Part shown: one piece after another, positions 13,450-28,228 of the stretch
How positions within the stretch are numbered: position 1 is the first letter of the stretch
How the letters are laid out: every line of letters begins with the position of its first letter
DNA from: Utricularia gibba
Taxonomy: Eukaryota; Plantae; Magnoliophyta
Assembly: GCA_002189035.1 (NCBI GenBank)
Contig: CM007990.1
Location: forward strand, 2,108,001-2,172,000
Direction of reading: 5' to 3'
Length of the DNA: 64,000 nucleotides
Notes under the pieces: model-generated
What the model was told of the DNA's origin: nothing
Database searches by the model: none
What the model saw: only the letters and a program-made list of their open reading frames with translations
Program-made: the position numbers and the translations under genes

Positions 13450-14580
13450 AAATGGGTTTTGTATTCTTTTTATCTCACTTTCCTTATGTTTTTAGAAGAA
13501 TTTTATATCTTTCATGCCACTTTGATCTTTTTGAAGGAAAAGTGTGTTTTGTGATTTTTCAAGATGAATTTGGAATAATTTGGAGGATTTTCGAGTTGAC
13601 CTTGATGGAGACAAAGATTCGGTCTATCCAAACGAAGACTCGGTCAAAGATTCTCGGATAAGATAAAATTCAGATATTTTCTTAGAAAATTTGGATCTTA
13701 TCCTAGAAGATTTGTATCAAATTTTAGAAAATTTGGATAGAGGATTTGATGTGAACCCTTTAAGAAAGCCCGACAAATCTCCATCATTATATAAAGATCC
13801 AAACGCGAAGATCAAAAGGAGGAGTCAAGGGGGACGACCAGAGAGTCAATTTAGGGTTTAGAGTTGAGTCCAGCATATCTTCCCTTTCGTTTTTCATCAA
13901 CTTTTGTTGTTTATAGTCGAGCATGCGTGTGTAAGCGCTTGTGGCTGAGGATTTGTTATGAAGCCTTGCTTGCGCAAGTCCTGCGCACGTGACTGTCTTA
14001 CTATGTTTTTCAACATTTAATTTGAGGATTGATTCTGTTTTTCGCAACGTCTTTTTTACCAACGTAATCTTTAGTACCATGTAACCCTAAGGGAGTGTGG
14101 GAGAATCAAAGGTTGGCCTCAAACACCTAAGGAGAAGGGCTCAATCGGACATTGTTGGTAAGACACATTCTGTCTAATCTGTCTGTGAGATGAGAGGTGT
14201 AGGGATTAGATTTGGGTGTGGGGAAAACATGGGTTATCACAAAAGGTGAAATGGCTCTGGTGGCGTGATTGATTCCATAATCTCACAAAACAAGGGACGG
14301 TGCTATAACGGTCACCGAGTAGCACTATTTTAGCATAAAACCCCCAAAGATTGCACAAGCAGGTCAGTCTTCAAGGTTTGCACACACGCAAGTACGAGTT
14401 TCAAGTAAGGTGAATCTTAGATCTAAAGCCACTTTTCTTATTGTTTTCAAAAACTAAATATTTCTTTTGTTTTCAATCTTTTTAAGTCCTTGTTTTGAAA
14501 AGAAAATTCCAATAACAATTCCCTATGGATACGATCTTATTTTATTACTTCGACGGTTTTTGTTCACTTGTAGAAAATCA
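13450..14580 (+). mobile_element. Athila-like solo LTR remnant
   Basis: The 3' end at 14520-14580 (TTCCCTATGGATACGATC..TATTACTTCGACGG..GTTCACTTG..ATCA) resembles Athila U5 termini. The 5' boundary is not defined. Confidence 0.45.
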
Positions 14581-15501
14581 CTCCTAATCTTCATCTTTCA
14601 ATCTTATCACAACCATCCTTCCATTTTATTATAGGACCCCTACATATCTTTTGACGATCATTGTATTCTCTCAATTGAGTGCAGACAAATCCTTTTGTAA
14701 CATTTGTGTGCCTCACTATTCCCTCATAGTAGGAAGTATCATTGATTGGGTTGGTATGATGAAACGTTTCTAAGTATTTGTTCGTTTCTAAGGTTCAAAG
14801 AAATCTTATATTGACCAAATGATTGGAGAATCATTTTATGAATAATGGAAGCAATTCAATCAATAATTGGATTCATGTACTTACCATACCTTTCAATTGA
14901 ATGTCTCGATGAAGCATTTTTATAATAGGAATTAGGTGCTAGTAGAATTTTAATGAAAAAGAGACATCCATTGAAACTTTATCTTTACTTGAAAAGTTGA
15001 CTAAATATTTAAATTGTTAATTAACTTTTTTATCTTTTATATTTTCAGATTTTCATAAATTTTTTGAATCGTTTTACATCTATGTTATTTAATTATTTCT
15101 ACGTTTTTTAATCATGGCTCCAAAATAATCCACCGAACTCAAGCTTTGGAAGAACAAGAAATCTAAAGAGATGCCCCCGGCGAATACAACAAATCCTAAC
15201 TTCGTGCGGGGTTCATGTACTCGAAACTCTCTCCATTGCAAACTCTTTCTGATCATAAAAGAACAAGTGAAGAAACAGATCTCATCCATACAAACGATGC
15301 AGGGAGACAAAACCAGGGCAACGCAGGCAGGCAGCCATTGTGGCATGATTTCCCAGGCTACTCTAACCTTTAGAAACTAAATAGGAACTCACCATGGAAA
15401 CCTGTATCATCATTTTACAATGCTGCAGCCTTGCAGGCATTAGGAGAGGGACCAAATAGTAAAGAAAAATAGCTCTTTTGTACATGACACAGCTACCGCT
15501 T

Positions 15502-18500
15502 TCACATGAAGTAGCTGAGGGATTTCTTCCTGCGTGTCCCCCTTCCCCATACAGTTCATTCCACTGGAGAAGCTCGGTCATGTTTATTGACTCTGATGAT
15601 ACGCTTGCACATACCTAATAAACAGCGTAGTGGATAAGTTAAATGTTGAACACAGTAGAAGAAGCACGTGTGAACTCACCCTCTCATGAGCAAACTTGAA
15701 GTCCTCGACAGTCAATGGTCGGATATCATCACTACCACTGAGAGCAGGTGGAGGCCTGCCTTCAGCAACAGCAGCATCTCGTTCCTGTCATCCGTTCCGT
15801 ATTTAGGTATATGACTTACACATTTATACTCGTGTGGATAAGAGGTTCATGCCACTAGCTCATTTCAGACATAATACATTTGATAAGAACAAATAACTGT
15901 GAGAATGATAAGAATTGCATGCCACTAGCTCATTTCAGACATAATATATTTGATAAGAACACATATCATTCGGGTTGCTGCATTAAGAAGTTGAAATAAA
16001 AACAACAAGAGCCACTCAGTTGTAATTTCTCAAGTGTTTTCTGGGAGAAAATGGTCAACCTTCTGGTAACTATTTGAGGGAAAAAAAAAGGATGCAGAAT
16101 ACTATAATTGAAATCAAAGGGTGTATTTCCGGGTTTGATTTAGAACAAGGTTCAGACATTATTTATAAATTGATTTAAATTCAATATATAAAAAACTTTC
16201 TAGCACTTAAGTCGACTAGCGACAATGTTGTGGGCGGAAACATACCTTTTTCTCTTTTTCCAGGATCTCTCTAATAGGGCGATGTGCAGCTGCTACGCAC
16301 AAATTCTGCAGGAGCGAAGAAAAAATATTAAAAACTGTCCAAATGCTCACAAAAGACCAAATAATAATCCTTGATTACAACCTTGAGATCACTGCCAGAG
16401 TAGCCTTCAGTCATATTCGCCACTGCATCCAGATCCAAATCAGGGGAAAGATCCTCCTTTGCTAGTATCACCTTGAGGATCTTAGCTCTGTTAACAGCAT
16501 CTGGCAAATTGACCATTAATCTGCGTGAGCATGTTGAAAGAGAATGATTAGCAACAATATCATTTCTGAAAAATTGTCATTTACCTATCAGACGTGCATA
16601 ACAACAAAAAACATTGTGGAAACTTAAAAAAATCAGCCCATCATGGTTTACCTGCGAGGTAAGCGTCTAATTACTGCCTCATCAAGGTCAAAAGGTCTGT
16701 TTGTTGCAGCAAGCACCAAAATGCGTTCTGTATCCTTTGTTCGAAGACCATCCCAATTGACCATGAACTCATTTTTCATTTTACGCATAGCCTCGTGTTC
16801 CCCAGGGTTCTCCCTCCTCCCAAGCATACTATCGACCTTTATATAAAGGTAGAAAACCATAAAAAATGTAGGCTTTTGAAACAGGAACGCAAGACTGGAT
16901 AACATGCCTACCAAAAAATAAAAAGAAATGATAATCATACTTCATCAACAAATATAACGCTTGGAGCAATCTTGCTGGCTAGTGAAAAGACAGCCTTCAC
17001 GTATTTCTCTCCCTCACCAAACCACTGTACGCAAAAGTTGGACACAATGTAAGTTCAGGCATTTTGAAAACTAAATGCAATCTCGACACAGGGATCATAA
17101 CCAAGAAACCTTTGAACTTATGCTGGACATTGAAATGTTGATGAAGTTTGCACCAGCCTCAGTCGCAACAGCCTTTGCAAGCATGGTCTTTCCTGTTCCA
17201 GGGGGCCAAACAGAAGGATACCCTTGCATGGCTGTGAGAAACAAACACATCAGGTGCTTTTCATTGCAGGCAGTTTCGATGGGCTTCAGACACACAAATT
17301 TGGATCAATAACACTTTAATTGATAGAGATTATAGCAGAGGGAGAGGTACAGGTCAAAGGTGCCCTCAAAGATACTTTGATTTAAGCCACTCAGACATAT
17401 GTCTACTATGAAATATTTCCTCATTTTCCATAACAAATACAGACAATTAGGAATACATCACAATGATATGGATGACAGTCAACTGGAAATTATAGTTAGA
17501 AAAATTAAATTCTTAATCAAATTCGCTACTCAGGAATGTTTTTGGCCCATGAGATGACCTTGTTGGTTAGGAATTTCTTATAGTTGTCTATCTATCCCAG
17601 GATACGCAAGTCTTCTAAAATAAATACAGCGATCGATTGGTAAATTAACTCTTGAATTTGTATTAACTCCTGATAAAGCAGTAGAACAACGCCACTAATA
17701 AATGTGAACAACACCATGGTGGCAGGACCTGCATTGTCCTTGAGGTTTGCGGCTAATAGCCCACAGTCTCATCCAGACTTATGACATAAAACCACAAAAA
17801 AAGGATACAGCAAATTATATCACACATGCTGCTTCCCAGAAGACTTGAAACTTGGAAAAGATTGACTAGTGGGCAAACGAAAAATAAACAAGTGTAGTTT
17901 TCAAATAGATCAATGGGCATCTGGCCAGAGAAAGTTTAAAGCTAAACATCAAACACCAGGTAAGCTGAAAGACGAAAAAAAGCACAGATGTTTTCAAAAT
18001 CTATTCACATAAGAAAGCTGAAAGTGTGTACAGAATTAGCTAAATGCTTCAAATTTTTTCTACATAATTAGCATAAAATGCAGCTAACCTTAGTCAACTG
18101 CCCCTTGCAGAAAAGTTCTGGCCTCTGTAAGGGAAGCATAACCAATTCTTTCAATGTATCTTTGACAGTTTCTAGTGCTCCTATGTCATCAAATGTCACC
18201 CAATGTCATTTGGAGGAATTACATCAGCTAAAAGCCTTTTCTCGAACTCATTTTCAGTAACAACATCCTGCATAGGTTGATATATAAGCATGTAATACAT
18301 CAACTACCGAAGTACTTAATCAAACTCATTATAATCTTCAAGAAAATAAATAATACCTTCAGGGACTTCTTTAAACTTTTAGAGTCATTCTGAATGGCAT
18401 TCAATATTCCAATACCATGCTGAATGCTGATAACGGGAACATTGATCAAATTATCATATAATTATCACTACTAAGAAAAATGGATAACAATAATTACCTA

Positions 18501-21500
18501 TCAGCAGACAAAACAGGTCTTGCAGTGGCATCAGCTTCAAGGTTTTTCATTATGTGATGGCTTAGAGCCCATCCAACCACCTTCTCCGCACCTACAAAGT
18601 ATTTTTAAAATGCCACTCAAACCTTGTCACATGAAGCACAATGACTTTACAACATTCCATTGCATCAAGATGAAACAGTCCTTGAAATCAAAAGACATTC
18701 CGCACAATAGAAGAAACTAATAGAGTACTAAACTCAGTGCAGAAGGAATAGACAGTTTTCCTTTGGGAGTGAAACTTCAACAGTAATAAAAAAGAGCCTG
18801 TTGATGAGCTTACTCTCATTTGTAAGAGTTTGATCCTTCATGTTCAAGCTTTCAAGCCCATCACACTCCAACCCATTTCGATTTAGAACCTGGAGTGTAA
18901 ACATAGCACCCAAACCTTAAGGTCAAGTTGCTGGCGCAATGTTATCAAGCTTCCATGTGAGTATCAAATGCTTGGAGAGTTGGAAAAAATTTAACAAGAT
19001 CTTCCATGTAAGGGATTAACAAGAAAAGATGCCGACACTATTGGATGTTTGCAGTGTATCCTGCACTATTTTCTTGACAGCATTCACGCCATCACAGACC
19101 ATGTCCAAAAATTAGGATTAGTACCGTAGTACTGGCCAACTTTACTATATATTGCCAAGAACTATGATTGTTGATGAATGTTCTAAACAACCAACGGTGG
19201 CCAAAACAAAGGTGTACTCCACAAGCAAGAAAGAAATGAGAGATAACTTCTCACCAATCGTAAATGATTCAGGTTTGCCTTGAGTTTTAAGGTTTCAGCA
19301 TCTCGGTCCAACTGCTGCTTCCAGCTGGTCAAGAGTGCCTCGTCCTGAGGAATAAGCATGCGTTAGGAGACAATTTAATTGATCTACCGTAAAAAGGCAG
19401 GATGTTAAGAAAACCTGTGGCATGTGGATCATCACTTTATTGGGAAAAAGTTTGGACAGAAGCTTAGTTGCCTTTGTAACATCTTTAGATCTATCATGCA
19501 GCCTCCCGAAACTATCCTGAATTCATATAAACAGAATATATTTACAATTAAGAAATTGGAGACTGTATGAACTGAGGGTGCAATGCTAGATAATACCTTC
19601 TTTGTTACCCTAAATATGGCTAAATGTGACAAATTCTGGTTAGGGAGAAATGGTGATACAAAGCAGGGAACAATATAGATATGGATGGTCCTCGAAAACT
19701 TTATATTGAAAAAACCACATTACGACAACAGAACTATCCTGGGTTCCTATTGTGGCTTTGATATTAAGCTTTCATAGGGAGAATGGCTCTTGAGATATCT
19801 GTGTTGTGAAAGTTCGTGTAATCTTTCATGTTGGACAAGAGAACAAACAGAAAATTCCAAATGATTCTAAAAAGCACTACTCTACAACCATCATTATGAT
19901 ACAAGAAACTTATAACTAAAAACGTACAGGGAAAGCCAGGTCAAGCAAAGTAGTCTGATTAGTGCCAAACTTTGTGAAGAGCAAACCACCTGGATGAGAC
20001 TGCAGGAGAAGTAATTGATTACCAAAAACTACTGAACTTAGGTAAAATTCATCTGCTCAAAGCTAAAAGCTACAACAAGGTGGCTAGATGACTTTAAAGT
20101 ACGGCAAATAAAGCAAATCACCTGTAAAAAAATCAACATTGACACCAAACAGCACACATATACAAGGGTGTCATCTAGATATGCAAAGCAAGTAATGAAA
20201 TGTATACACAATTTACTCTTACTAAAACATGATGCCCAATCTCAAAACTTGAAAGCAATCAAAATCAGAGAAGTATCATTGCGCAGCCTCCAAATGCTCC
20301 AGTGTAAATGTAAATGTAATCAATATTTCTACCTTTTCCTTTCGACTGTCACTCTGAGTTTGTGAGCCAATAATCACCACATTGTTAGGAAGCTTCTCCA
20401 GCTTGGTCTTAAATATGGCATAGGTTTCAGAATTTCCAGCCATGGACTTTTCTGCATCTTTCATGAATAAAATAAATGGGGAATCTCGGCTAACATCAAA
20501 TACAACCTATTGATACAGAGAGAAACACATTAGGAACAAAATAAGGAAAGATAAGCAAGTTAAGTTCCAAAATCATGAATGATATAATAAGATTCTCACC
20601 TGAAACATGGTGTTAATCAACAACTTGTCCAGATCTTCCACACCGGATGTATCGACACGAAGCTCGGATGCTGAAACAAAGGAGAAATCATAGTAAGGCA
20701 GAAGACTAAGAAAATAGAAGACATAAAAAATAGTGAATCATGCATCACCATTGCAGAAGAACCCATAACCGTTATCACAGAGACCCCCAAAGTCAACACC
20801 ATCTTGCATTGATTTGTCAAATCTTACACCAATTTTGGATAAGGGGTTATCTTCAAAAGGCAAAAGAACCTTTCCCCGCATTCCAGGCGTTGGGCCCCTT
20901 GATACAGAAAAAATGTCAAGTAATGACCCAATTACTAAACTCATTGGAATAAGCCACACAAATGCAAATGAAAGTAATCGCAGTTAGCCTCAAAATTCAA
21001 ACTCAAAGGACTAGATGGAATTCAACTCCTCTGCTTAAAATGAAACCCAGTATCCCGAGCAGAGAATCCAGGTATCATGTATGAAGAATTTTTTTTACCA
21101 TAAGATAAACAAGTCTTATGTTTGCCAATAAACTCACTTCAATATCAATCCCTCTACTAGACATCAAAAGGCCAGAAAATATTAAAATTATGGAATGAAA
21201 CTAGAACCAGCTTTACGATTCCATAACTAATTTTAATGAAGCTCCTACAGAAAAGGCATAAGAAACTCTTGCTGAAGCAGCATCTACCACATGAAACGTA
21301 AGGCCAGCATTTAATAATGAAGTAAATATATTCACTAAACTTTGTGACATAATTGGAAAACACCAAACAACCTACGAGAGACTTCTGTTCTGAAAGTCAA
21401 ATAGGCTGACTAGGTGGATTCCAAAACGATTAACCAGCAATGAACGACATTCTCCGGTCAAAAGTTTACACACAACACAAAAAAATTTCCACTAGCTCTT

Positions 21501-24500
21501 TTTTCTTTCATATAATTATCAAATAAAAATACTTGCACAGACAACTAGATAAAGTAGGTAACATCTTGTAAAGTTTAGATTCCCAAAAAACGTTTCAATA
21601 TGCCCAAGCATAACAAGAACTGTTTATGTTAACCAAAGCGAAAAATGAAACTAGTATGCATCACCATTACCTGGAAGAACTTGCGTATAAAGCACCAGAA
21701 GTTGTTCCAACAAACTTGACTCGATCACCTGTAATTTCCATTCAAATGCATTCTGTAAAAACTAAAAACATGCCACTCTGAAGCCATCTTAGAAACCTTG
21801 TAAACAAAGAAAAATAGCTAATGATACCAGCTCTGAATGAAAGGTTTTTTGCGCCACCCACTGTGGAGGGAATGCTGTCAATTTCCAACTTCGTATGTGA
21901 CTCCATACCTAACTGAGCGCTTGAAGAGCTATGGATTTCTGCCCCACCAGATGCAAGCCCAGCATCGTTAGCAACATCTGCAGAACCACGAACCTGTTTG
22001 CTGGTCCCTGAAACTTTTTCAGAATTGCTCATCTCTTTGAGCTCAGTATCCTTGGAAGTGCTCTGCTGAACCAGAATACCCAACAAATCAAAATCCATGT
22101 CAGATTCTGATAGTCAAGCAATATTCACAAGCAGTTTACTGGAAGATTCAACTGGGATCATAAAAGGAACTTCAATCTTCTAGAATTCATACGCCAAAAG
22201 GCAATATGAGATAGCTGGGATACATATCAGTCGCTGAATCTAAGCTCATTCATTAAAACAAATTATCAAGCTGGAGTACGAGCTGAATGGAAATTTAGAG
22301 AATCAACAGTAAATTCATTACAATAGTAAGTAGTCAAAACAGCTCACTGAGACTAAACTTACTACCATAAAGGAGTGGCTGTCGAAGATGAGCAACTTGG
22401 CCTCAAAAAAGTGAGCTAGTGCTTTTGCCAGCATCTCTTGATAAATATCAGACCCTATAAGATCATAAAGACGTCCTGAGGTCTTTCAAGACAGTCAATA
22501 AACCTTGTTTAAAACACATATATACACAGAGAATGAAGTACCCGCAGGCCCAGAAAGCAGGATTCTTGGATTGAGAGTGGGAAGCTCATATGTAAATTTA
22601 ACTTGCTCCTTGTGCTTCAGTTGTATAAATGAAGCAGCAATCAGCACATTTTTTGTGCTTTCACTGCATGTTGAGTGACAAGTATTAATAAAAACATCAT
22701 GCCAAATTTATGTGTTATGGAAGCAAAATTATCTACAATAGCTAATTCTTGTCATTCTTATGTATGCTACTAAAAGGAATGAAACAACCTCAAGTAATAA
22801 GGAAAACTGTCAAATGATACTTCAAGGCCCCGCCCATCTAGTATTGCTGCATGTATTTCCTCTTTAAATGCTGACGCCTTGGTAGAAGACATCCCAGTTC
22901 CAGAGGAGGAGGCAGGTTCGTGCCAATCCCTTTCATCCTGCAAGGCAGATACCTAATCACCCACAATAAATTGTTTTCCAGTTCTAGAGATGGCTGGTAA
23001 AAGATACTTTTTCTTTACCGACAAAAAAGGTTAAAAATAAAGCAGTTTAGTATTTCATATGCAGGTGTATGGAGCGAGATCTATGTGTAAAAGACAAGTA
23101 GGAAAGTTCATGGTAATAGTAAAATGGAAGAAAAGAAGAATGTAATAAAAATATTGTAAACACGTTCATATAGGGAAGGAAAAAAAACACAACAGAAAAA
23201 GAACAACATATCAAAAGTGAGAAATCGTATGCGCATATCAAATCAAGTGTGGGAATCCATAAATTCATAACATCCATGCTTAGGAAAATTTTGTATCAAT
23301 GAAATATTCCAACAGTTAATGTGTCTTACCTCCAAAACAGCTTCTACATTTAGATCAAGATGGAGGTTCTTGCTGGAAGCCACAGCATCGGTCCCTGTTT
23401 CACTGCCTATATTCGTTGCAGATCGAACCTCCTGACCATCTAGGTCATCTTCATTTGTTTGATACTTTTTCCCACTCGCCTGTGATGCAGGCTTAAGACG
23501 AGACAAATCTGGCCGTAGGTTAGACAGAGAAGCCAGGATTGAAGCGCCAGCAACAGCTGATGCATCTCCTGTTCGTCTCTCAACTTGAACAAGTTTTCCA
23601 ATGCTAGAAGGAATATCTGGAAGACTCGGCTTTACTATACCATCATACGGCAGTTGCTGAAATATCTGTGCATAAAATCATCGACATCACATTTACCATA
23701 GGAAACACAAGAAAATAAATAAAAAAAGAGAAGTAAAGGGCGTATAACAATACATATGCATGGCTTCCGAGAAAACCGAACACCAGCTCATCTCCAGAAT
23801 TAAGATCACAAACGGTGTTTCTCTTTATTGTTTTTCCATTAACTTGCACAGATCCCTTGCTACCACGACATTCAAGCACCGCAACTGCTTTACCATCACT
23901 CTAATGTTTGCACAAGAAAATAAAAAAGTAAAAAATATACAATTAATAATACAACACAATAAGTTAGCTAAAGCTATAATAAACCCAAAATACCCCCTCT
24001 CTTGCAACTCGTTGGATCCCAAAGTAAATAATAAAATGAAGTATTAAAAGAACATACAAAATCCATCACAATGATTGTTTCAATAGTTGCAATCACACAA
24101 AAATGGAACTGGGTAAAGATCATTGTTTCAACAGTTGCAATCACACAAAATGGAACAGGGTAAAGATCACCTGTGAGAGCCTCAGGTAACACAAGAAAGC
24201 ACTAATAGTCTGATCTTTAATTGAAAGGTTAGCCTGTTTGCTAGATCCCACCGAGAAATTGGTTGCAGACACAGAAACAGTGTCATTCTGCGAGAGAAGA
24301 GTGTTTCGTACAACAGCTAAGCTTAGTCAAAGTTTAACCAATACAAACATTGAAATAAGCAAATCCGCTTGCTCAAAGATAAACATAATAAAAACCACCT
24401 GCGGTGATTCAGTCAGGAGCCTACACCAAGGGGATTTCGTCTCAAAACATTGCAGATGCTTCAATGAAGAGAATGAGCTCCTCGGCTTATCTGCAATAGC

Positions 24501-25077
24501 CGCTGCGCCCCCTGAAATTTAAGTCCCCGCCAATTTTCATTCATTCTCACGCATGCAATAAAACCTTAGAGATGGATATTCACAGATTTGCCTAATTGAA
24601 AAGGGCGCTATCAACAAAACCTTCTCCAACCAATGGGTTTGCGATAGAAATGGAAGGCGCGGTAGCAGGAGTGGCGGTCTCTGCCGCCGGTGTGGTAGAA
24701 GTATCTGGAAGATCCGGTGGGTCAGACGAACTAATTTCCTTCGTATTCTCTGAGGGGGAAGCCTCTGGAGGCTTCACACCATTACTGTTGACATTGGCGT
24801 TGGAGCTCTCGCCCTACCCAAAAGTTTAGATTTTTCTTTTGTGCGTGTTTTTACAGGGAAACAAATACAACAAAAAAGCACTCAAAATGCAAAATTTCCA
24901 ATCTGGAATCCACAAGCAAAAAATTGATCCAAAAACTAATTGCTCTCTCTCACAAGAGATTCAAGAGGAGAAGAATACCCTTTGACGCTTTGGAGAAGAA
25001 GGTTTATTGAGATTTTCGTCAGACGGGGAAGATGATCTCTTGCTGTTATTCGATCCACTTCGTCTGGTGGACACCAT
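15502..25077 (-). CDS. Plant FHA-domain/AAA+ ATPase (MSP1/ATAD1-like C-terminal AAA module), 28 exons, about 1183 aa after correcting three -1 frameshifts
   Basis: Exons 25077-24979, 24813-24621, 24511-24399, 24287-24171, 23900-23754, 23665-23330, 22937-22789, 22663-22542, 22454-22363, 22065-21828, 21728-21671, 20897-20749, 20670-20600, 20506-20333, 19999-19928, 19516-19415, 19344-19255, 18889-18814, 18591-18498, 18426-18357, 18267-18089, 17231-17110, 17024-16941, 16836-16652, 16520-16382, 16305-16246, 15784-15680, 15614-15502, all GT-AG. Motifs: [12 protein letters not shown]-like [41 protein letters not shown], Walker A GPPGTGKT, Walker [29 protein letters not shown]-terminal SLSYFM*. Confidence 0.88.
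15848..15961. repeat. 44-bp direct repeat (period 70) in an intron of the AAA gene
   Basis: CATGCCACTAGCTCATTTCAGACATAATA(C/T)ATTTGATAAGAACA at 15848-15891 and 15918-15961. Confidence 0.9.
24074..24168. repeat. Tandem duplication of about 47 bp beside the donor of AAA intron 4
   Basis: ATTGTTTCAA(T/C)AGTTGCAATCACACAAAA(A)TGGAAC(T/A)GGGTAAAGATC at 24074-24121 and 24122-24168. Confidence 0.9.
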
Positions 25078-27049
25078 TTTGAGCTTGTGGCAGTTGTGTG
25101 TGGAATCCGTTTGTCCTCCAATGGAGGAGAAGAAAGAAAGACAGACAGAGAGGGGGAGATAGAAGAGCAGACGACGAGATACGAAATCAATAGCGATAGA
25201 CAGAGATGATACAGTGAGCGTATAAATAAATTCTTGTTTTGTTAAAATAATAATAAAAAAAGAATTAACGTGATCATTGATCTCCCATAAAACACGAAAT
25301 GAATAGGAATTTAAAACTAAAACATACAATGAAAAAACTAAATAGGTATAAAAATGAATAAATTTAAATATAAAGATGTGTTTCGTAAAAAGGTGAAAAT
25401 GAAGTATAAAATTCATCATGTGCTCTACAAATGAAATGAGAATAAGAATGAAAATAGTATTTCAAATCATTAAATAAATCTGATTTGATAATCAATTTTA
25501 AATAAAACTTTGTTTACTATATGTTAAGGAAATCATTCTATCACATCTTAAGGAAATTTATCTCCTTCATCATAAGGGGGATTGAGATTGCTCAATAAGA
25601 CTATTCATTATCCTCAAGATATGATAGTATAATTGATCAGATGATATTCAAAGGAAATTAGGGCAACATCAATTTACAATTTAAAGGAAACATCAATGAT
25701 ACTAAAATGCTAACATCACTGAAGGCAAGGGCTAGGCTCATCATCCTCTAGAATTGTGGAGCTAGCCCAACAATGTGAGAGGAGGCCACATGAATAACAC
25801 ATACAGATCAAAGGGTAGTCACCAAAAAAGATTTTGGCCAACTTCACAAAGTCACTCATAGAGATCCAATCGGTAGGTTGTCACCGAGAAGGTTTTCAAT
25901 GGAACTAGATGCTCACGATAGTTATCCCTTATAGGGTGAGAAGTATTGGTCTCTTGTTGAGATTGATTCTATCTCTAGAGGAACACCCATTGATACCATG
26001 GGAAAGGAAAAGAGATGCTGCTATAGAGTGTTTCTGTAGGCAACAAATTAAAGGTGGCACATGCATAGATAAGTCATATGAATATAGTATACTCCCATCG
26101 CACCAAAACACTAGAAGATCCAATTTCATTTGAACCTTAAGATTCCATATATTTGCTTGATCACATGGGATTGTGTTTTCACTTTTTGTTCAAAAACTAC
26201 ACCCAAAGTTACATCGCTAACATTACATATTAGCTCAAAGGATAAATTTTAATTTGAGGTTGAATGATAAGAGCTAAGACAAATTTTTGTTTCAAAGTGT
26301 CAAAGTCATATATATATCCTCCTCAAAACAAAACTCTATAAACACTAGATTTTTTCAATTTAATTACCAATTTACGTATAAAAACCAAAGCATATTCCAT
26401 ATCATTTAAATCTATAGAATATGACAAATATATTTAGAACTAAAAAAATATCCACTTAACACAAGATTCATAAAAGACTTTAAGATTTTAATAGCTACAA
26501 CATTATTTTAAACATTATCAAAATTGATATTAAAATAAATTTAGAATTGAATACTCAATGCAAATATCATTAATAAACTCAGCTATTTGTATATTTATGT
26601 GAGGAAAATCCTTTGGTCGAAACTCAAGAATTCTCTTTTACACTATCCATTTGCTATCAATCTAATGAATAATTAAAATAATATAATTTTCTCCATTAAT
26701 TTCATGTCAAACATCACAAGTCAAACAAAATTTACATTTCATGGATACAAATGAAGAAACTAAACATGATTTCATCACAACGAATTCTTTTTTCGTTATT
26801 CTAACAACCTTTCTTCTAGATATTAAAACAAACTTAGTTTACATGTTGTTCACGTAAAAATGTTTTTATTTCAATAAATGGTTTTTCACTTACAACTAAA
26901 CTAAGCACATACTCAATTTGGCATGAAATAACATCAAAACAAAAGGTGTAAATAAGATTACCTCCTACTATATTTTACTTTGATTGTTTTAATAAATTAC
27001 CATTATTAAGATGTTTATGTAATATGTATCAAGTAATTAGTAGTTCCAC

Positions 27050-27830
27050 TACCTTTTTTATGCTGATATAATTGACCACAATAATTACATATTATCTATT
27101 GAATAACTTTCTTGTGGGTGAAATGATCTTGCTAAATAATTGATTGTTTTTTCAAAGATGTTGAATTTGAAACATCACCAACATCAGAACTAGAACCATT
27201 ATTATATGTTGGAGGAGAATCAACATCAATGATTTATGTAAAATTTTGATGTGATTCTGCCATTTCAAAATCTAGACTTGAAAAAAAAATATTTGAATCA
27301 AATAAATCAATACCAATAATTTAAAGAATCAAAATCCAAAAAATCAAAAATCATATTAATGCCAATCAATGTATAGTAAATCATAAACAAAAAGATGATT
27401 GTGCTAGGGTTTCAAAACAATTAACAGGCACAAAACAATAAAAATTGAAAATTCAAGAGAAAACAAAATCGAAAATAAGAAAAGATAGGATTAATGGTTG
27501 AAAGTTTTAGAATCAAAACTTCAAACAAAAAATTAGAATTGTTGGTGGCCGTGTAATTGAAAATGAAAAATTGCTATTTAGGTTTAATATAGAATTGGAC
27601 TCAATTGTTGGTCCATTAACCTAAATCTTAAGTTTTAGCAAAAAAATTAAAAAAAATCAAATAGATCTTAAAATAGGCCCAACTCATTGGGTCAACTCTA
27701 ACTCGTGTTTCCCAACTCGGCCCTGACTCGTTTTTCACGAGTTCGAGTCGCGAGTCCAACCCTACATGGGTCGGCCCGCCAGATTCACGAGTGGACCCTA
27801 ACTTGTGCCCATGTTTAGAGCTAACTCTAG
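27050..27830 (-). mobile_element. Possible non-autonomous hAT-like remnant
   Basis: Cluster of GGGTC/CCCAACTCG/GGCCCG subterminal-type motifs at 27670-27815. The layout resembles the end of the hAT at 56521. No TIR pair or TSD was found. Confidence 0.3.
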
Positions 27831-28228
27831 CAAGAGGAAGACTTTATTCTAGTGTTCTTTGAATCTCTTAGTCTAGAGAGGGGAAGCCAGCTAACCCCAC
27901 GAAGACGAAGACTTCACTTCTAGTGTTCTTTGAACCGAATCTAATTTTCTTAAGATTTTCTTAATGAAATATTTCCTACTGTTTTAAACATCTCAATTTT
28001 TCTTATTACAAATATCTATAAACTATTAATGCCGCGAGTAGCCCTTTAAAAAATGCTGAAATATTTGTAAACCCTTTATCATTACCACAGCAATATCTCC
28101 AAATAACACATTTGCCAATGCGATCAGATGCCTTGAGATTTGGTGGGTGATGTTGCCAGCACCGCAGAATAAAAGCATGAAACAAGTCATGGGAAGCACT
28201 TTTGGAAAGACAAGCATGACCAGTTGCA

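Noticed and set aside
15538-18201. Programmed ribosomal frameshifting or RNA editing as an explanation for the broken AAA frames
   Set aside because: There are no slippery heptamers with downstream structure. Four independent 1-nt losses in G/C runs across two unrelated genes fit sequencing error better.
25640-26130. Possible gypsy protease remnant (IL*NCGAS)
   Set aside because: A single short degenerate motif is insufficient to call.
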